From contig JAPEUD010000021.1 of assembly GCA_026026165.1 (NCBI GenBank), positions 62,001 to 126,000 on the forward strand: a stretch of 64,000 nucleotides of DNA. The letters run 5' to 3'. Positions 1-14,174 of this stretch are shown here, piece by piece. This stretch comes from Sarea resinae. Lineage: Eukaryota. Position 1 is the first letter of the stretch; the number at the start of each line of letters is the position of its first letter. The notes beneath the pieces are model-generated. The model made no database searches. It saw only the letters and a list, made by a program, of their open reading frames with translations, and was not told the origin of the DNA. A program made the translations under genes and the position numbers.

Positions 1-2158
1 GCGGCCGAGTCGAGCGAAAACAACACGACCCGAGACGCGAATAGCACGGCTGCTTCTTCAGGCGCCGCCAACGGCTCAAGCCAGACGATCAAACGCACAC
101 GAAAACAACCTGCAGAGGAAGCCGTCGAAGCCGTGATACACTCGGAACGCACGAAGAGGCCGCTGAGAGGATCAAGGACGAAGACTGAACAAGTGAAACA
201 TGAGACGGTTTCCGCAGACAGCACAGTTGCCACAAGGACTATGAGACAAAAGGCCACGACGAACGGCGTCAACGGCCATCTACGGCGCCAAAAGGACGCA
301 TTGGTTACCGGCTCTTCAACAGCCAAGCAAGGCAGAGGACAAGGGCTGAGAAAAGCGGACAGCAAAGACATCAAGATCGAACACGAAGAAGCAGACGTCG
401 AGGTCGCCAAGGTATCGCCGAGGAAGAAAAGGCAAGTCAAGGCCAAGGTTGAGGTCGACGAGGACGAGGAAGCCAGCGAAGAAGCGCCCAAGAAGAAGAA
501 ACGAAAGACGAAAGAGGAAAAAGAGGCAGATGCCATGCCGATCGCCTCACGAGCAACAGGCCTGAGCGTCTTCATCGGTGCCCACGTCAGTGCTGCCAAG
601 GGTGTGTAATATCGCGAGACCACCCCTTCAAGCGCATGCTCATCACTTCATCAGGCGTACAAAACGCAGTGACGAATAGCGTTCATATCGGGTGAGTGAG
701 CCAGCTATGCCGTCTGATCTTGCTTCGTATCAATTCTAACACGGCCATTCCAGCGCCAACGCATTCGCGCTTTTCCTGAAATCACAGCGGAAATGGGAGA
801 ATCCGCCCCTCAAAGACGAGCATCTGGATCAATTCAAGATGTTCTGCCAGGACCACAAATACGACAGCGCGAAGTGAGTGGTCTATACTCGCTCTTTCCA
901 CTAGCCCGACATTCCGGCTAACAAGATTTGAAGACACGTCGTGCCGCACGGGTCGTATCTAGTCAACCTGGCGCAATCGGACCCGACGAAAGCGAAGCAA
1001 GCGTACGACGCATTCGTCGACGACCTTCAACGCTGCGAGCGTCTCGGGGTCGGGCTATACAACTTCCAGTAAGACAGCTTTATTCCATAGTCACCATTCA
1101 AACTGACCATGCATCTATCCTCACTCAGCCCGGGCAACACGAACTCGCTCCCGCGTGCCGAGGCCATTGGCCGCATAGCCGCACAGCTCAATCGCGCCCA
1201 CGCGGCCACTAGCTCCGTCGTCACGCTGCTCGAGACCATGGCGGGCGGCGGCAATGTGATTGGGTCTACGTTTGAGGACCTGCGCGATATCATTGCGCTG
1301 GTGGACGACAAGGAGCGCGTCGGCGTGTGTCTGGATACATGTCATGTTTTCGTACGTCTCCCGTTTCTCCTTTCTCCTTTTTCCTTGTTTATTCTCCTTT
1401 CTTCTTTGTCCTTCCTTCATTTTCTTTTCTCCTTTCCCCGCTTCTCTCTCTGTTCTCACGCCGTCACTCTTCGCAAATAAATGCAAACAGCCCACCACCC
1501 AGAAGTTACGAAAGCTAACACGGCACCCTCGAACCAGGCAGCAGGATACGACCTCCATCCACCACACGGGCTACCCAAGACCCTCGCGCACTTCGCCAGC
1601 ACGCTCGGCCTGTCCAACCTCCGAGCGATCCACCTCAACGACTCCAAAGCGCCCCTGGGCTCGCACCGCGACCTGCACGCGAACATCGGCACGGGCTTCC
1701 TCGGCCTGCGCACCTTCCACGCCATCATGAACCACGCCGCCTTCCGGGGCCTGCCGATGGTGCTGGAGACGCCGATCACGGTCAAGCGCGACGCTGCTGC
1801 CGGCGGAAGCGGCACCGGCAAGGAAGAAGAAGACAAGGGCATCTGGGCACGCGAGATCAAGCTCCTCGAGGGCCTGGTGGGTATGGATGTTGAGAGTGAG
1901 GCTTTCAGGGTCGTGGAGCGCGAGTTGTGGGATAGTGGACGGGTGGAACGAGAGAGGATTCTCGGGCAGGTGGAGAGGAAGAGGGAGAAGGATGGCGAGA
2001 AAGAGGAGAAGATGAAGAAGAAGCAGAAGAATAGAAAGGTGGCTGGGGAGGGCAAGGGGAAGGGGAAGAGGGAGACGAAGGGCTTGGCAAAGAAGAGGAA
2101 AAGCGTCAAGAGTGAGAGCGAGAGCGAGAACGGGAGCGGGAGTGAAGATGATGCATAG
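1..2158 (+). CDS. APN1: Apurinic/apyrimidinic endonuclease, endonuclease IV family; start lies upstream of the window; multi-exon
   Basis: Frame is open from base 1. Spliced exons give [15 protein letters not shown]...[67 protein letters not shown] and LETP, the endonuclease IV metal-ligand motifs. GT-AG introns include 602-654 and 692-753. Stop at 2156-2158. Confidence 0.95.
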
Positions 2159-2593
2159 AGCCCAAGTCGCAGCGACTGAGGCTAAGATGAAATGGCTCCC
2201 TTGTGTTGTATTGTGTTGCATTGTATTGCATACATGAAGTTGCCTTGCCTCGTCCACCTAGCTAGCTACCTACCTAGCCAAGCCCATTCTATCCTCCAGT
2301 CGCATCTGTTCCATACAAATCTAATTGTTAAATTGCGAAATACGAAATGCGCACCGCTGACTGCTAGTCCCCGCTCTGAAATCCCCAGCCCCAAAGATGG
2401 GCTGGATAAGACAGGGTGGGATGAGATAGGATGGTGATATCATGCTCTCCGATTATCGGCTCTCACTCTCTTTTCTCTATGGCTCTGACCTGTTCCCCTC
2501 CACCCTCACCCTCACCCTTCCTCCCTCTCTCCTACCAATCGACGCCAACACATTCACCTCCATCCATCTACCCATCTAAACAAGTAAGCCAGC

Positions 2594-5227
2594 CTACAGC
2601 TCCAAAGCCACCAAGTCGCCCCAAACAGGAAACTCATCAACGGCCAAAGCATGGCTCACGGACGCCGTGACGACGGAGATCTCCAGCCCCTCGACCGCGT
2701 ACGTGGAAGGCAGGATGGTGCCGTTATGCTACAGAGGCGCGATGGCGCATGCATTAGTTGATCAATCAATCATTCAAAAAGGCCGAGAGTCCAGGACGGA
2801 GATCCATGGACGGCAACGGAAAAAGGAGGACAAGCTCATGAATCCAGAGCGGCTCCATTCAACCACACAATACCGGTAAAGGCAAACACGTACCAACTGC
2901 ACCGTCCAGTCGAAGCCACTCCGCAGAAACGGCCTGACGACATCCGGGTCCAGGCTCGCCAGCGCGCCGGAAGCGACGTGGGTGCGGAGCGCGGGCGTCA
3001 GGGGGATCGTGCCGGTGATGTAGGCGGCGCCTGAGATGGCCGTGGACGAGAGGCCGGAGAAGACGGCGTGCGTGCCGATATGGTCCGGGGCGGTAAAGGG
3101 GGCGGAGGCGTTGGTGGGCGAGGTGGATGTCAGGTTGGCGGATGAGACTGGGGATGAGGATGGGGATGAAAGATAAAAGTGGATAAAGTAGGATCCGCCG
3201 AGGCTGGGACTGTGTTTCAGAGCCCGGATGTTGGCAATGTATTCGTTGTATGTCTGCGCCTGTGGCTGTCCTGCTGCTTCTGCCCCCTTCACATCCACGG
3301 CGGCATCGGATTCGATCGCCTCGTCGTGCTGCTTGTGACACCGCTTCTCAGACACCGACGCGGCTTCTACTACCACCCCGTCCGTCTCTTCCTCTCCGTC
3401 TTGTCCTTGGTCTCGTTTGACTGCTCTCGCGCGACCCCCACGGCCAGTTCTCTTTCCCGAAGTGGCCGTCGTGTTGGGCCCGTACAGCGTGTTGATGATG
3501 GTGCGCACGTTGGCCTGATAGACCGAGTTGGACACATTCCAGTCCACGAGGTCGGGGTAGGTATACCCAAACGTCTTGGGGTTTCGCACGTCGGCCGAGG
3601 TCCAGAAGTTGCCATTTGTTTCGTAGAAGAAGGGGGTCAGTGCTTTGCGCATTTCGTCAGTTGATTCAGAGAGGATCAAAGTTGCTGTCAGGGGCGAATT
3701 GCACCGATTGGGGTCAAGGAAAGAGGAGCAAAATGAAAAAGGACGCGAAAGATTTAAAAGAAAACGTACGAGAATTCACGTCCAAGGTGTCGCCAGCCGT
3801 GACGGTGTAGGTGCCGTATTGCTGGGTTTCTGGGTCTACGTAGGTGTCGGTCCAGAGGGCGGACCACATGGCCCAGACTCGATCAACCATACTATCCTCT
3901 GTCAGGTCAACATCATATCAAAAGGAAGTGTACTCACGCGTGATGCAAGAAGAAAATGGGATCAAACGCCGAGTACGGAATCTACACTTGAATCAGTACA
4001 GTCCGCACTAGGAAAGGAAACGCACTATAGCCATATTTCCGTTCCCGCTTCCCCCTATCAGGCCGTGGACTTGATCATGGATCGATTCCACACTATCATA
4101 CTTGGGATACTGCCCGCCATCAGGGATCCACGCCTCGTTGCTGAAATTGTTGAACATGTCATAATTCGTAAACAAATTATAAAGGCGGGAGCGGAAGCTA
4201 GAGGAGCTGCTGTTGAGCGCTGAAGCGGCTTCGCTGTTCTGCGAGACGGCGTTGGAGGCTTGGCTGGTGGGCCAGCGATAAGTGACGTGCCATACGTTGA
4301 ACTGTTTCGACGGTCAATTGTCTGAAAGATGAAAATGAATCCAAGACCCACCGGCTCTTCGGGCAGATCGGTAGTATTCAACGGATGAAAAACATAGCTA
4401 TACAACGGATTTCGAATCGTCTGAATGGTCCCGTTCGGCCTCGTGACCTGGGCGGTCGTCGAGCTGATGCTAGGCGGCAATACCGTCTGACCAGCCGGCG
4501 GAACCTTGGCCCAGTCCCAGTATGGAATACGAAACGTCGAGGCCGCTGCAGTGTTCACGTCTTGTTGGCTAGCGGGGAACTTGCTTGCAATGTCTTGGAC
4601 ATGATCGTAGAGGAGTTGCTGTGAATTGTCAGTAAATGTCGTTTGACGCTCACTAAAGTAGGACTTGCCTCGAAGAGAGCCAGATATGGCCGGTGCCATG
4701 TACAGAAGAGGTTCGAAACATGGGTGCAATATCCGTTGTAATCGTCCCCTGAAGTCGCCTGAACGTCGCCCCATGATACGAATGGGCGGCCGTGGATGCC
4801 TAGAAGTGTTAGCCGGCTAGATATTTGATCCGTCCTTTGAAAGGCAGATGAGCTCGAGTGAGGCAAAAAAAGTCATACCGGCAATCTGATAATACGACAA
4901 TTGATCAGCCTGGTCCATACTCTTAAACCTCTCCATCGCCAATAAATAAAGATTCCACTGCACGGCATTCTGCTGCAGATCGCGGATGTCATATCGAAAC
5001 GGAACAGACCCATCAGCAGCCACGGAATTCGGAATTCCTGTCACCCCTTGGAATGATGACTGACGGCGAAAGTTTCCCGATCCAGCCGTTCTGACATAGT
5101 TTCGCCTTCGGACACCTTGGCGCGGTCCTTGAGGTTTGGGAGCTGCTGGAGAGTTCGGGACGGCAGTAATCTCAATGAAGAGTAGAGTCAAGAAGATCAG
5201 TAATGAGAGACTGGGGCAGAGCAGCAT
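2594..5227 (-). CDS. Secreted tyrosinase (type-3 copper protein) with C-terminal shielding domain; multi-exon
   Basis: Hydrophobic N-terminus MLLCPSLSLLIFLTLLF. CuA region YYQIAG|IHGRPF...GYCTH...FCTWHRPYLALFE, then RIPYWDWA and NPLYSY. CuB region ESIHDQVHGLIG...SAFDPIFFLHHA, then LTPF, GYTYPDL and LYG. Last exon ends DEFPVWGDLVALEL* with the stop at 2594-2596. Confidence 0.93.
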
Positions 5228-6964
5228 AATTCCTGATGACAAAAGAGCGCAGGATCTTGAAATGGTATCTGGAACGTGTTGATTGCCTTTTGAAAGGGGA
5301 AATTAAATAAAGAGCGGTCGGGTTATGGCCTAACCATGCCTTCAGCGATGATGGTGAAGATTGTAAACGGTGGACATATCCTACTCCTCCCAGCAGGAGA
5401 TCGACAAGAACATCAATTGCCAGGCTGAAAACGCAAGGTTACAATGAATGCCACAATACGAGCCATGCGGTGAACCATGAGGGTCTAGTTGACGGACATG
5501 CCCCTGTTAAGAAGAGCCCTACCAGATGCATCTCTCCTTCTCTTCCGTGTCTTTTCGGCAGGCCGCCCGAGAGGCTTACCCTAAAGTCTTCCTGGGCGTG
5601 CATACGACGACAACGTCAAGGCTGCAGTGGTTGTGATACAAGCGTTAAATGACAAACGACAGTATATGAGACTTTAAGAGTGCAGTGATGGTGCGAGAGC
5701 CGTCACAATACGGTTGGTAAGACACCGCTTTCGTATGGTCGTAGAGATGCGTCTCTCGGAAACAAAAAGGATGATGCAGCCAAGGGGTAGGATTGTGCTC
5801 AGGACGTCATCGGATCCAGGCCATGTCAAGTACCGAAGCGCCATCAATTTCACATCGCGTTTGCATGCAGCTGCTCAGAGGACAGAGGGGACTTGGTCGG
5901 CTGATGCTCCCTGAGACCCCGAACAAGTACGCGATGCCACGCACGAAAGTCTTTAGATTGCGTGCGCAACATGAGCCTGGCCGCAGGCCGCCTTCTCCTT
6001 TGGTGAAACGCGCCGTCGTGCGATTGATGGAAAACAGACCAACTTATCGGCAAGCAAAGGAGAGGGGAAGAACAGGGCGTTTTGAGACCCCAGCCTCGTT
6101 ACACGGAATTGACAGGTCAGACCAGTAACGTCCATGTGCCTGATTATCGGTGGGAAAAAACATAGAATTTTGACTCGAAATCTCATCGGATGGCTGATAG
6201 GATTTTGAGTCAAGATCAGCAAAGATATACAAACGAGTGCATCAGAGGCCTCGGTCTTTTTCCCTCTGAACGTCTATCCAAGGAGCTCAGGAGGCCTCCA
6301 AGCTCCTCGCATTCTGTCACACAGGTATAACGAGGTTTCAAACCCGGAAATACCAGCTTGCCAGCGCCTCCTCGTCGGGCTCTCGCATACCCCTATCCAC
6401 ATGAAAAAGGCAGCCCCTCCCCACCATCTGGTACGCTTCGCCTTGCCCCTCGCACGTTACCGCGAGAGATCGGATGCGCTTTCATGTAGCACAGCAGGAA
6501 GCGCATTTGGACCTGAATCGTTCCGGAAAGGTTCGGTCTGTACCTCGTACCTCGAGGGAATTAGGTAGGTGTGCGATTTGTGGTGGCACAGGCGCTACGG
6601 TATTTCACTTGGTCGACCTCTTGTTTGAGATAGAGACTGGCATCAAGATTTGCCGCTAGCCGTCCTATTGAAATAGGAGAGAGATGCTTTGTGTAATTTG
6701 GCTGCAAATGTTTCGGCAGTGAGATGGCGATCCCCGCATTAGGGAGTTGGATTACCCCTCGTTATCACGTCATGTATGCTGTCGCACTCCTTCCAAAAGG
6801 ATCGTTATCGCGGTCAAGAGTTTGCGTGTGCTACAAAGACAAATCGAAATTCTACGAAACAATCTAATACTACAAAACCTTCCGAGCCTCCAGACGCCAG
6901 CCCGACCATCAACGGCACAAGCATCAACTTGGCACAAGCTTCAACGGCACAAGCTTTCCTCATA

Positions 6965-9197
6965 TCATGACATGTCATCGTCTCCACCATGTCCCTCGGT
7001 GCCATGAAATGCTTCTCCGAAAGCGGAATTGTCCAGATCCAATCCCAAATCGTCATCTTCACCGTAACCTCCCATATCGCCGGCGGCATCAAGATTGCCA
7101 AAGTCGCCGAAATCAGTGGTATCGATGCCGGAATTCTGGGCAGTTGCTGAAGGGATTAGACCTTGCAGTGCGTCACCAGCAGTGTTGTCAAATGCACTCA
7201 AAGGATCAGTCTTTGGATCTTCGGGCTGAGGTTGCTGCTCCTCGTTTTGATTAATTGGAGGCTGATCGTGAGGCTGATCTTGGTGTTCTGGACTTTTCTC
7301 TTTTGACTCTACATTGATGCCACTCGTCTGTTCGTTTTCGCCGGATTGGTGATCATCAGGGACCCCCGCCATCTCCACATCCACGTCCATATCCGACATC
7401 TGAGGAATGCTTTCGTCCTGTGCGTGAGGCTCGGGCTTTTCTTCATTCTTCTCGCCCTGCTCGATTGCGGGTGGTTCGTCCGAGGTTCCTTTCGTAGGGC
7501 CGGTAGGCTCGGTTGGATGTGAAATGGTAGGATTAGGCGTAGCCATAGCACCGGGTGTAGACCTTGCGCCATATTGGTCAGGTAATCCCTCTGAATTGCT
7601 CATGTCAACGTCGCCTTGAATCCCGTTGGCATTCGTAGAACCATTGGCAGGAGTAGGTGCTTTCGGGGTAGGCGGAGGTCGTTCCTCTAATCCACCCTTT
7701 TGAACCATGACAGTATCTTGAACCGCCTTGATATGACCTCCCAAAGAAGCTTCTACCTCATGGACAATCTTCTCAAAATTTTCCTTTGGCTTGAGAGAAC
7801 GCAGACCGTTGTCATGGCCATCTTCACCATGAGCCTCGACGTGACCCTCGATCCTCCATATTTCGGTCCCACTCTCTTCTACCGCATTTCTCAATCTCTT
7901 TTCGGCAATCTTGAAAATCGCCCCCCTGCTCAGTCTCTCCATTCTCTTCGCGTGCTTTTTCTTCATCTTCTCCATTTCCAGATTCAGCTGTTCTAACCTG
8001 TCGGCGGTCCGTTTTGAAAACTCCTCTGCCTTTCCATCCTCGAGTGTACCCTTCAAGCCGAAGACGCTGTCTTGTCTTGCTGAATCTGCAGTTGGAGCAT
8101 CGAAGATGCCTTTCGTGAGATCCTCCAGTTCTCCCTTCAAGCCAAGTCCGAGATCAACAGGAATGATCTGACTCGTGGCATATGGTGAAGAAAAGACTTC
8201 TTCCAACCACTCATGGTGTTGAGTATATCTCACCGTGCTAATCTCCCGTGGGGTAAGGTGGTCCAGCAGGTCTCCGCGTGAAGTATCCTCCTCGTCCTCG
8301 ACACTAATCTCTGGGATCAAAGGGACAGCAGGAGCGGTTGCGGAGGCCAGTGGGTGATTTGGTGGTGTTTGCCTAGGACGCTTTGCAGGAGGACCGATCT
8401 GCGGCGGTGGTTGAAAATAGGGTTGCGCTCGTCCAGTCTGCCCTGCAGGAGAAAAGGCTTGAGCTTGTTGGAAGCTGCCCGCCGCTTGTTCCCCCGGCAT
8501 GTTCAGCGTAGGCCAATTGTTGCGATCCATGAGCATGAAATCTTTGCGAATAAGCTGGCCTTTGCTTTGGATATAGCGACGCGCACTCATGACCTGTTGA
8601 ACGGGTGGTGGAACAGCTATCCGATTCGAGGGGATACAGTTCTGAGGATCTGCTGCCGAGTAATGAATGATCCAGAGAGAAGGGTCTGGGGCGGGGTTGT
8701 TAGGATTCTTCGAGGCCGTCAACCGATACCGTCGGCGGCAATGCGTCGCAATGGTTTCATTTGGGGGATGATAGCCGCTGCGGTGTATATACATTTCCAC
8801 GGTCTGCACGATTAGCACTTGATCATGCGAGGCAATCGACACAACTCACGTAGCCCTTCATTTCCGAGCTGAAAGCTGATTCGGGGTCGGCATAGACATA
8901 GCCGTCACTCGCTGAATGTGTAGCCAACTTGGTCAGCGGCTGCCACACGAGGAACATTGAGCCGTTCGCAGGCGCATCGAGATATGTCCAAGTCATTGGG
9001 GCCATTTCCTTTGTGATTTTCGGAGCTTGCAGGAGGTACTCCACGACCGTTTCGATGTTGACTTGGGCGAGAATTGGATATCGAAAGGAGGAGATCAGAT
9101 GAACATGAGGGATCTAGCCAGTGTAAGTGTCTCGACAAGCCAAACTTCATTGCAAGCTCACCAATGCCTGGGGCACCCCATCGCTAGGATCATTCAT
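6965..9197 (-). CDS. SSR4: SWI/SNF and RSC complex subunit Ssr4-like protein (DUF1750)
   Basis: MNDPSDGVPQAL|IPHVHLIS...YLLQAPKI...FLVWQP...ASDGYVYADPE; RRRYRL...DPSLWIIHY; EDTSRGDLLDHLTPREIS.VRY.QHHEW; acidic tail DNSAFGEAFH. Two GT-AG introns near the 5' end. Confidence 0.85.
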
Positions 9198-9637
9198 AGC
9201 CGTCATTGACGAGCGTCAGCCAAAGAGATTTCGATGAAAAGCAAAGCAGACAAAGCGCTATTACGCGATCTTATCGAAATGGAGCCTTTGTAATGTCGAC
9301 GGCTGTAATATGAGCCTTCTTGGAGACGTAAAGATGGCGTCGCTCTGATGCGGTTTCGCGACTGTAGGGATTCACGCGCGATCCGATAGCTCATACGGGG
9401 AAGCAGAGACGCCGGAGACGACAGACGGTGTTCACTGATAATTTGAGCCTCTTCGCTTACCTTTCCCAATCGGGATTTCTCATATAGTGGACGCTCTTGA
9501 GCCTCGACCACGGCTGTAACAACAATTGTTTGTATGGATGTTCTGATAAAGTATTCGAGTACAATCATCAACACTAATTGCGGCATTGTCCCATCCCAGA
9601 TACGCCATACTCCACATCAAAACTCATCAAAGAGTAA

Positions 9638-12600
9638 TCACCGTCTCCGCTCCCGACACTTCTCTTCCATCCTTCGGATATGATTCTTGAGCCCAAGCCC
9701 CCTCTCACAATTCCCCTCCAGCCACTCCTCGATGTCTTCCCTGACACCCCTCATGCCTTTGAGGATGGGCAACTTGGTCCCCTCTTCGCCCTCGAGATGG
9801 GCGAGCGGATTCAGGAGCAGATCGAAAACACGGTTCCAGATGTCTTGCTGCCAATACCGCTTGAGCCCTTCTCGAATCCGATACGTCTTAGTAGCACCAG
9901 CACCCAGCTTGGCTCCTCGCTCTGCCACCGTGTCAATGTACTTGCCGAAGAGCATGGAATGAATGATGCCTGCTAGGCCGTGATAGTCAATCTGATATGT
10001 CCAAGGTCGCATCTCACGCATCTCGGCACAGTCCTGGGGCCCGGTGTTCCAGTCCGCGATGAATTGGACCCCCGGTTGGAAGAGCTTCATATCGATGCCT
10101 CGACCGAAATCGATCAGGGCCAGACCCTTGGCATTCCAGCCCCCGGTGCCATCACGGTGGTAGTGAGAGGACCATGCGTTTTCGGCCACGGGATCGAAAC
10201 GGACGAGACAATTGTCTGCTTTGAGGTCTCCGTGAAGTATGCCCTTTGAGTGGAGAGCTTCCATGGTGCGGAAGAGCTCGACGGTGAAAAATAAGACCAC
10301 CGTCTCATCCATGACGCCACCGGCAGGGGCATCTGCTTTGGCAATATTGACAAGATCAAGAATAGTACCTTGATCGCGATATTCCTCGACGAGGAACCCT
10401 TCATCCGCAAACAGGTGCATCTCATACGCGTGAATCACGGATTCCGCCGCTCGGGAAACGCCCAGCCGTCGTTTGGCTTGCCGCATGATGTAAAATTCCC
10501 AAGGCGTTGGAGGCTCTTCCATCTTGACCGCTTCCAGCTCTCTTCTCTCGAGCCCAAATTTGCCTTTACCCATGACAGCAGGCTCTTCTTCTTCATCTTC
10601 TTCTGCCTCGTGGCCTTCGACGAGATAGACGGGCGCAAAAGCCCCTTTGCCAAGCTCGCGTTTGACCATGTACTCCCGGTCTGCGCCATCAAATCGCAGT
10701 CTAGGCGGCAAAGTTATGGTACCAGTCTTTTCGCCGCCATTCTTGGTCATTTTTGCTAGGGATTTGATATGCTTTCGAATCTCCGCGCTTCTGCCAAACT
10801 TGCGCGTCTTGTCCTCGGTATAGCCGTCATAAGACGACAGAGGAGGCTGCAGGTTCTCAAAGATGGTATTGCGGATTGAATCATCCACAGGATTGCACTG
10901 CGTATCTTTGATGATTGGGCCTTTTGGCGCAATCTCTTTCGGTGCCGATTGACGAATTGACTGCTGGGTTCTGCTGGTAAGGGAACTCTTTGCTTTTGCG
11001 AGCTTCAATGCTGGCGGTTGAACCTTTTTGGACTCCGGAATGGCACCATTGATGATCTCTTGAAAGGGACTGCTCCATAGCTCCTCGCCGATATCTAGAA
11101 TCAGAGCTGCTCCGGCGTTCGTTCCTCTCGAGGGGGTTTTGGCGTTGAAATAATCTTTTTCCTCGTGGAGAGTCAAAGGGGCTATGGATGATTCTGTTTT
11201 CTCAACGATGGGCGTCATGAAAGGTAGCCTATTTTGAGATGCCTGGGAACTGTCGCGATAGCATCGACTTGGTGGCTCATAATCCTCGGGTGGTATTGGT
11301 ATGAACTTGGTCTTCGGTCGAGATTCATGGCTTGCTTGAGGTGAGACGGGGGTTGTAAGTTCCTCGGCCTGCTCACGGCCATCTTCAGCTTCAGAATCGG
11401 GTACTCGGTCGCCTTCCGTATCGGCTTCGCGAACCCCTTCCTCGTTGCCCTCTTCATCCTCATCTTCATCCTCATCACCGCTTTCGTTGTTGAGTTTGGG
11501 AACGTGCTTGCTTGCCGTGAATTCCGACCACTCACTGACACTCTTGACACCAGTCTCGTTATCTTCGACAGTCTTTACCTCGGTATCGTCGTCGCCAAAC
11601 TCGCTGGTGCCCGAAATCCTCCCAGTCCCTGTGCTCTCTCCAACACTCGTGTAGTCATCGTCGTCGTCGCTCTCTCTGTCGCTCTCTTGCTCTTCTCCGG
11701 CCATGACGGTCTTCTTCATTGGTTGGTTGAAAATGCTGTAAATCTCATCTGTTGCCGCCCGCGTATGGAATGTCATCGTCGGCTCAGAGGAGTTCTTGCG
11801 TTTCATCTTTGGCCCCGTAGGTGATGCAAGCTTTGCCTTGACTGTATAGAATTAGATCAGATCTGGTACTAGGGAAAGACAACTCACTTGTCTGCGTCTC
11901 CCCCTTTACTTCCTTTACCCTGAGCTTTTTCAGCCGGTTTTCTTCCCTATGCCTCTCCTTTGAATCCAGTCTACCCGGCGAATCGGGAGCTTCATCTCCA
12001 AGCCCTGCTTCCTCGATGTCTTCCTCTTGAGCAACAACGGCATCGACGGAGTCTTCCCGCGCGACATCCATTTCCGCATCCTCGTCGCCAATTTCGAGTC
12101 TACGCTCAGCCGTCCAATCCCGATCCAACCAGCCCCGATGAGCAGCTCTCAACTCCTCAAAACTCATCTCGATCTTCGGATTTTCTGGTGCAGGATAGAT
12201 AGCCTCCAGATTGACAAAGACGCGTTCGGTCTTGCCCGTACGCGGATTCACCACCTGTTGGGGATACAGAATGCTCGTATGAGAGACGTCATTGGAACTA
12301 TTTGAGTGGGATGATGACTGAAATACAGGAAAAAGTCACAGGTCGCCAATTAGTCCTATGATCGTAAATATAGGCGCATGAAGCAGGAAGAAAGAAAAGC
12401 TCACCTCGTCTTTGAAAATCATCATCTTCGGTGGTCCGCCTACTTTCTTCCCTGCCTTCAGTGTTTCACCTGCCCAGGGCTTCGGCTCCATCGTGTTCTC
12501 CTTCTTCCGATGTGCCAACGACCCAATATTCTCCCAGCCCTTGGCTGCTTCGCCTGTCGGAATGTCATCCGCTGGAGCCCCGTTTTCGTCTGAAAAGATG

Positions 12601-13397
12601 GCCAATTTCTGGCGTGCCGGCCTCGAAGAAGAACCAGCAGCAGGGGCATGTCGTGAGGCGGCCTGTGGGTCGACCGATCGTGGCGTACTCGACGCAAAAG
12701 GGTCAATCTTTGCGGCCAAGGCTGGTCGTACGGTAGGCAAAGCTGGGGAAGAAGGGCCATCTTCGTCTCGTGGTCGGGCTTCAAATCGTCTCTGGAATTC
12801 GCCGAATTTGCGGAGAAGCCGCTCCGCTGGGCGTGCTTCGCGTTGGAGGCCAAGCTTGTACACTTCTTCTGCCTGCGCCCATCGACCAGCGCCTTCCAGC
12901 CATGCCGCAAACTCCTCGTAGAATAGCGCGAGGCCCTCACCAATGGCATGTCGCGCCAGAAACGCAAAGGTTTCGCGAGGAGAGTCGGAGAATAGCCGAA
13001 TGTAGTGGAGCCATAGTTTGAGATAACGCGGATCATTCTTGTAATGTGTCGAGGTGAGGAAAGCCTTTGTAGCCCGCTCAAGGAGGGGCAGTAGCTGTGA
13101 TTGAGGGGTAGCCTGAGCCGAAGGGTAGGCTTCTAGAGTCCATTTAACGTAACGGTCGTAAATGTCCAGTGGATCGTCCGATTCGGCTATGGCGATAATC
13201 TCCTGCTCAAACTCTTGTCGCACGGCATCATTGATGTTTCGCGTGTCCGAAGGCGTAGGAGAGATATATTTGTCCGCTGGTGAGGGAGAAAATATCGAAG
13301 CCAGCGTACGCGCCGATCGACCGCCAGGGAGCGATTGAATGTTTTCCTTCTGAGTCTCGATGACATCAAAGTTGATGAGGTCTTCCGAGGCGGCCAT
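9638..13397 (-). CDS. BUB1: Spindle checkpoint kinase Bub1/MadBub (SldA-like)
   Basis: IETQKENIQSLPGGRSA KEN box; TPR region DDPLDIYDRYVKW...YKNDPRYLKLW; second KEN (KKENT); GLEBS-like EMSFEELRA; kinase motifs LGKGAFAPV, HGDLKADN, LIDFGRGIDM and PWTYQIDY. Two introns (near 12325-12405 and 11845-11890). Confidence 0.96.
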
Positions 13398-14174
13398 CTT
13401 CTCTAGGCGCCAGCAAGGCTGCGTCCTCGGGATTGATGTATTGGTCTCGATATTATGGTTGGAGACCTTTGGTTCAAAGTCTGTTGGTGTTGTGTGTTGT
13501 GTCGTTAGTTGGCCGTGGTCGTTTCGTGTTGTCGCAAGAATAACGAAATACACATTGATTGTTGTGATAAGGGAAACACCCCAAGTCGGGTATCGTTGCC
13601 ATGTCAACATGCTTAGTCATCCAGATCATCTCTGCGCCGAATATGATCAGCATGATCACCACCACGACCCTAGTCCAGGTATTCACTAAAACTTTCTACG
13701 GACCGTTACCTCGCAAGTTGAAAAGCCGTGGCACAGTTCAAGACCGCATTGCTTGAAAGTGCGGAGTATCGGCCTGCGTAGACCAGCCAGTGAAGCATCA
13801 ATGCAATCCATTCAAAAAGCGTGCGAAATATCGGTATTTGGAACGTCTACAGTGAATCAAGGGCTTAGAAAAGCAAAGGGTTACAGATTCACCTTGACAT
13901 TTTCTGGGGCCGATCAATACAGTTTTCCATGTCTTTCACATCAGGTCTTACGAGTGCGAAACAACGGTGCACAAAGGCTTTTTGGTGAATATATTAAAAG
14001 TACTTCCACAGCAACTCTTATTCGCGTAGCTGTGCCAATACAAGGGGCTTCGAGATATCGAGTTAGAATTGTACGGGAGTTCAAGTATTTCCATTGTCGA
14101 TCATGCTCCCTGAATCAAACTATGGGTATAGCTAGCAACATCGTACCATTGTAGTAGAAAGATGTGTAAAGACA

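Noticed and set aside
5233..5270. CTGATGA hammerhead-like core (also at 30440, and on - at 31795 and 32363)
   Set aside because: No stem II followed by GAAA and no flanking stems.
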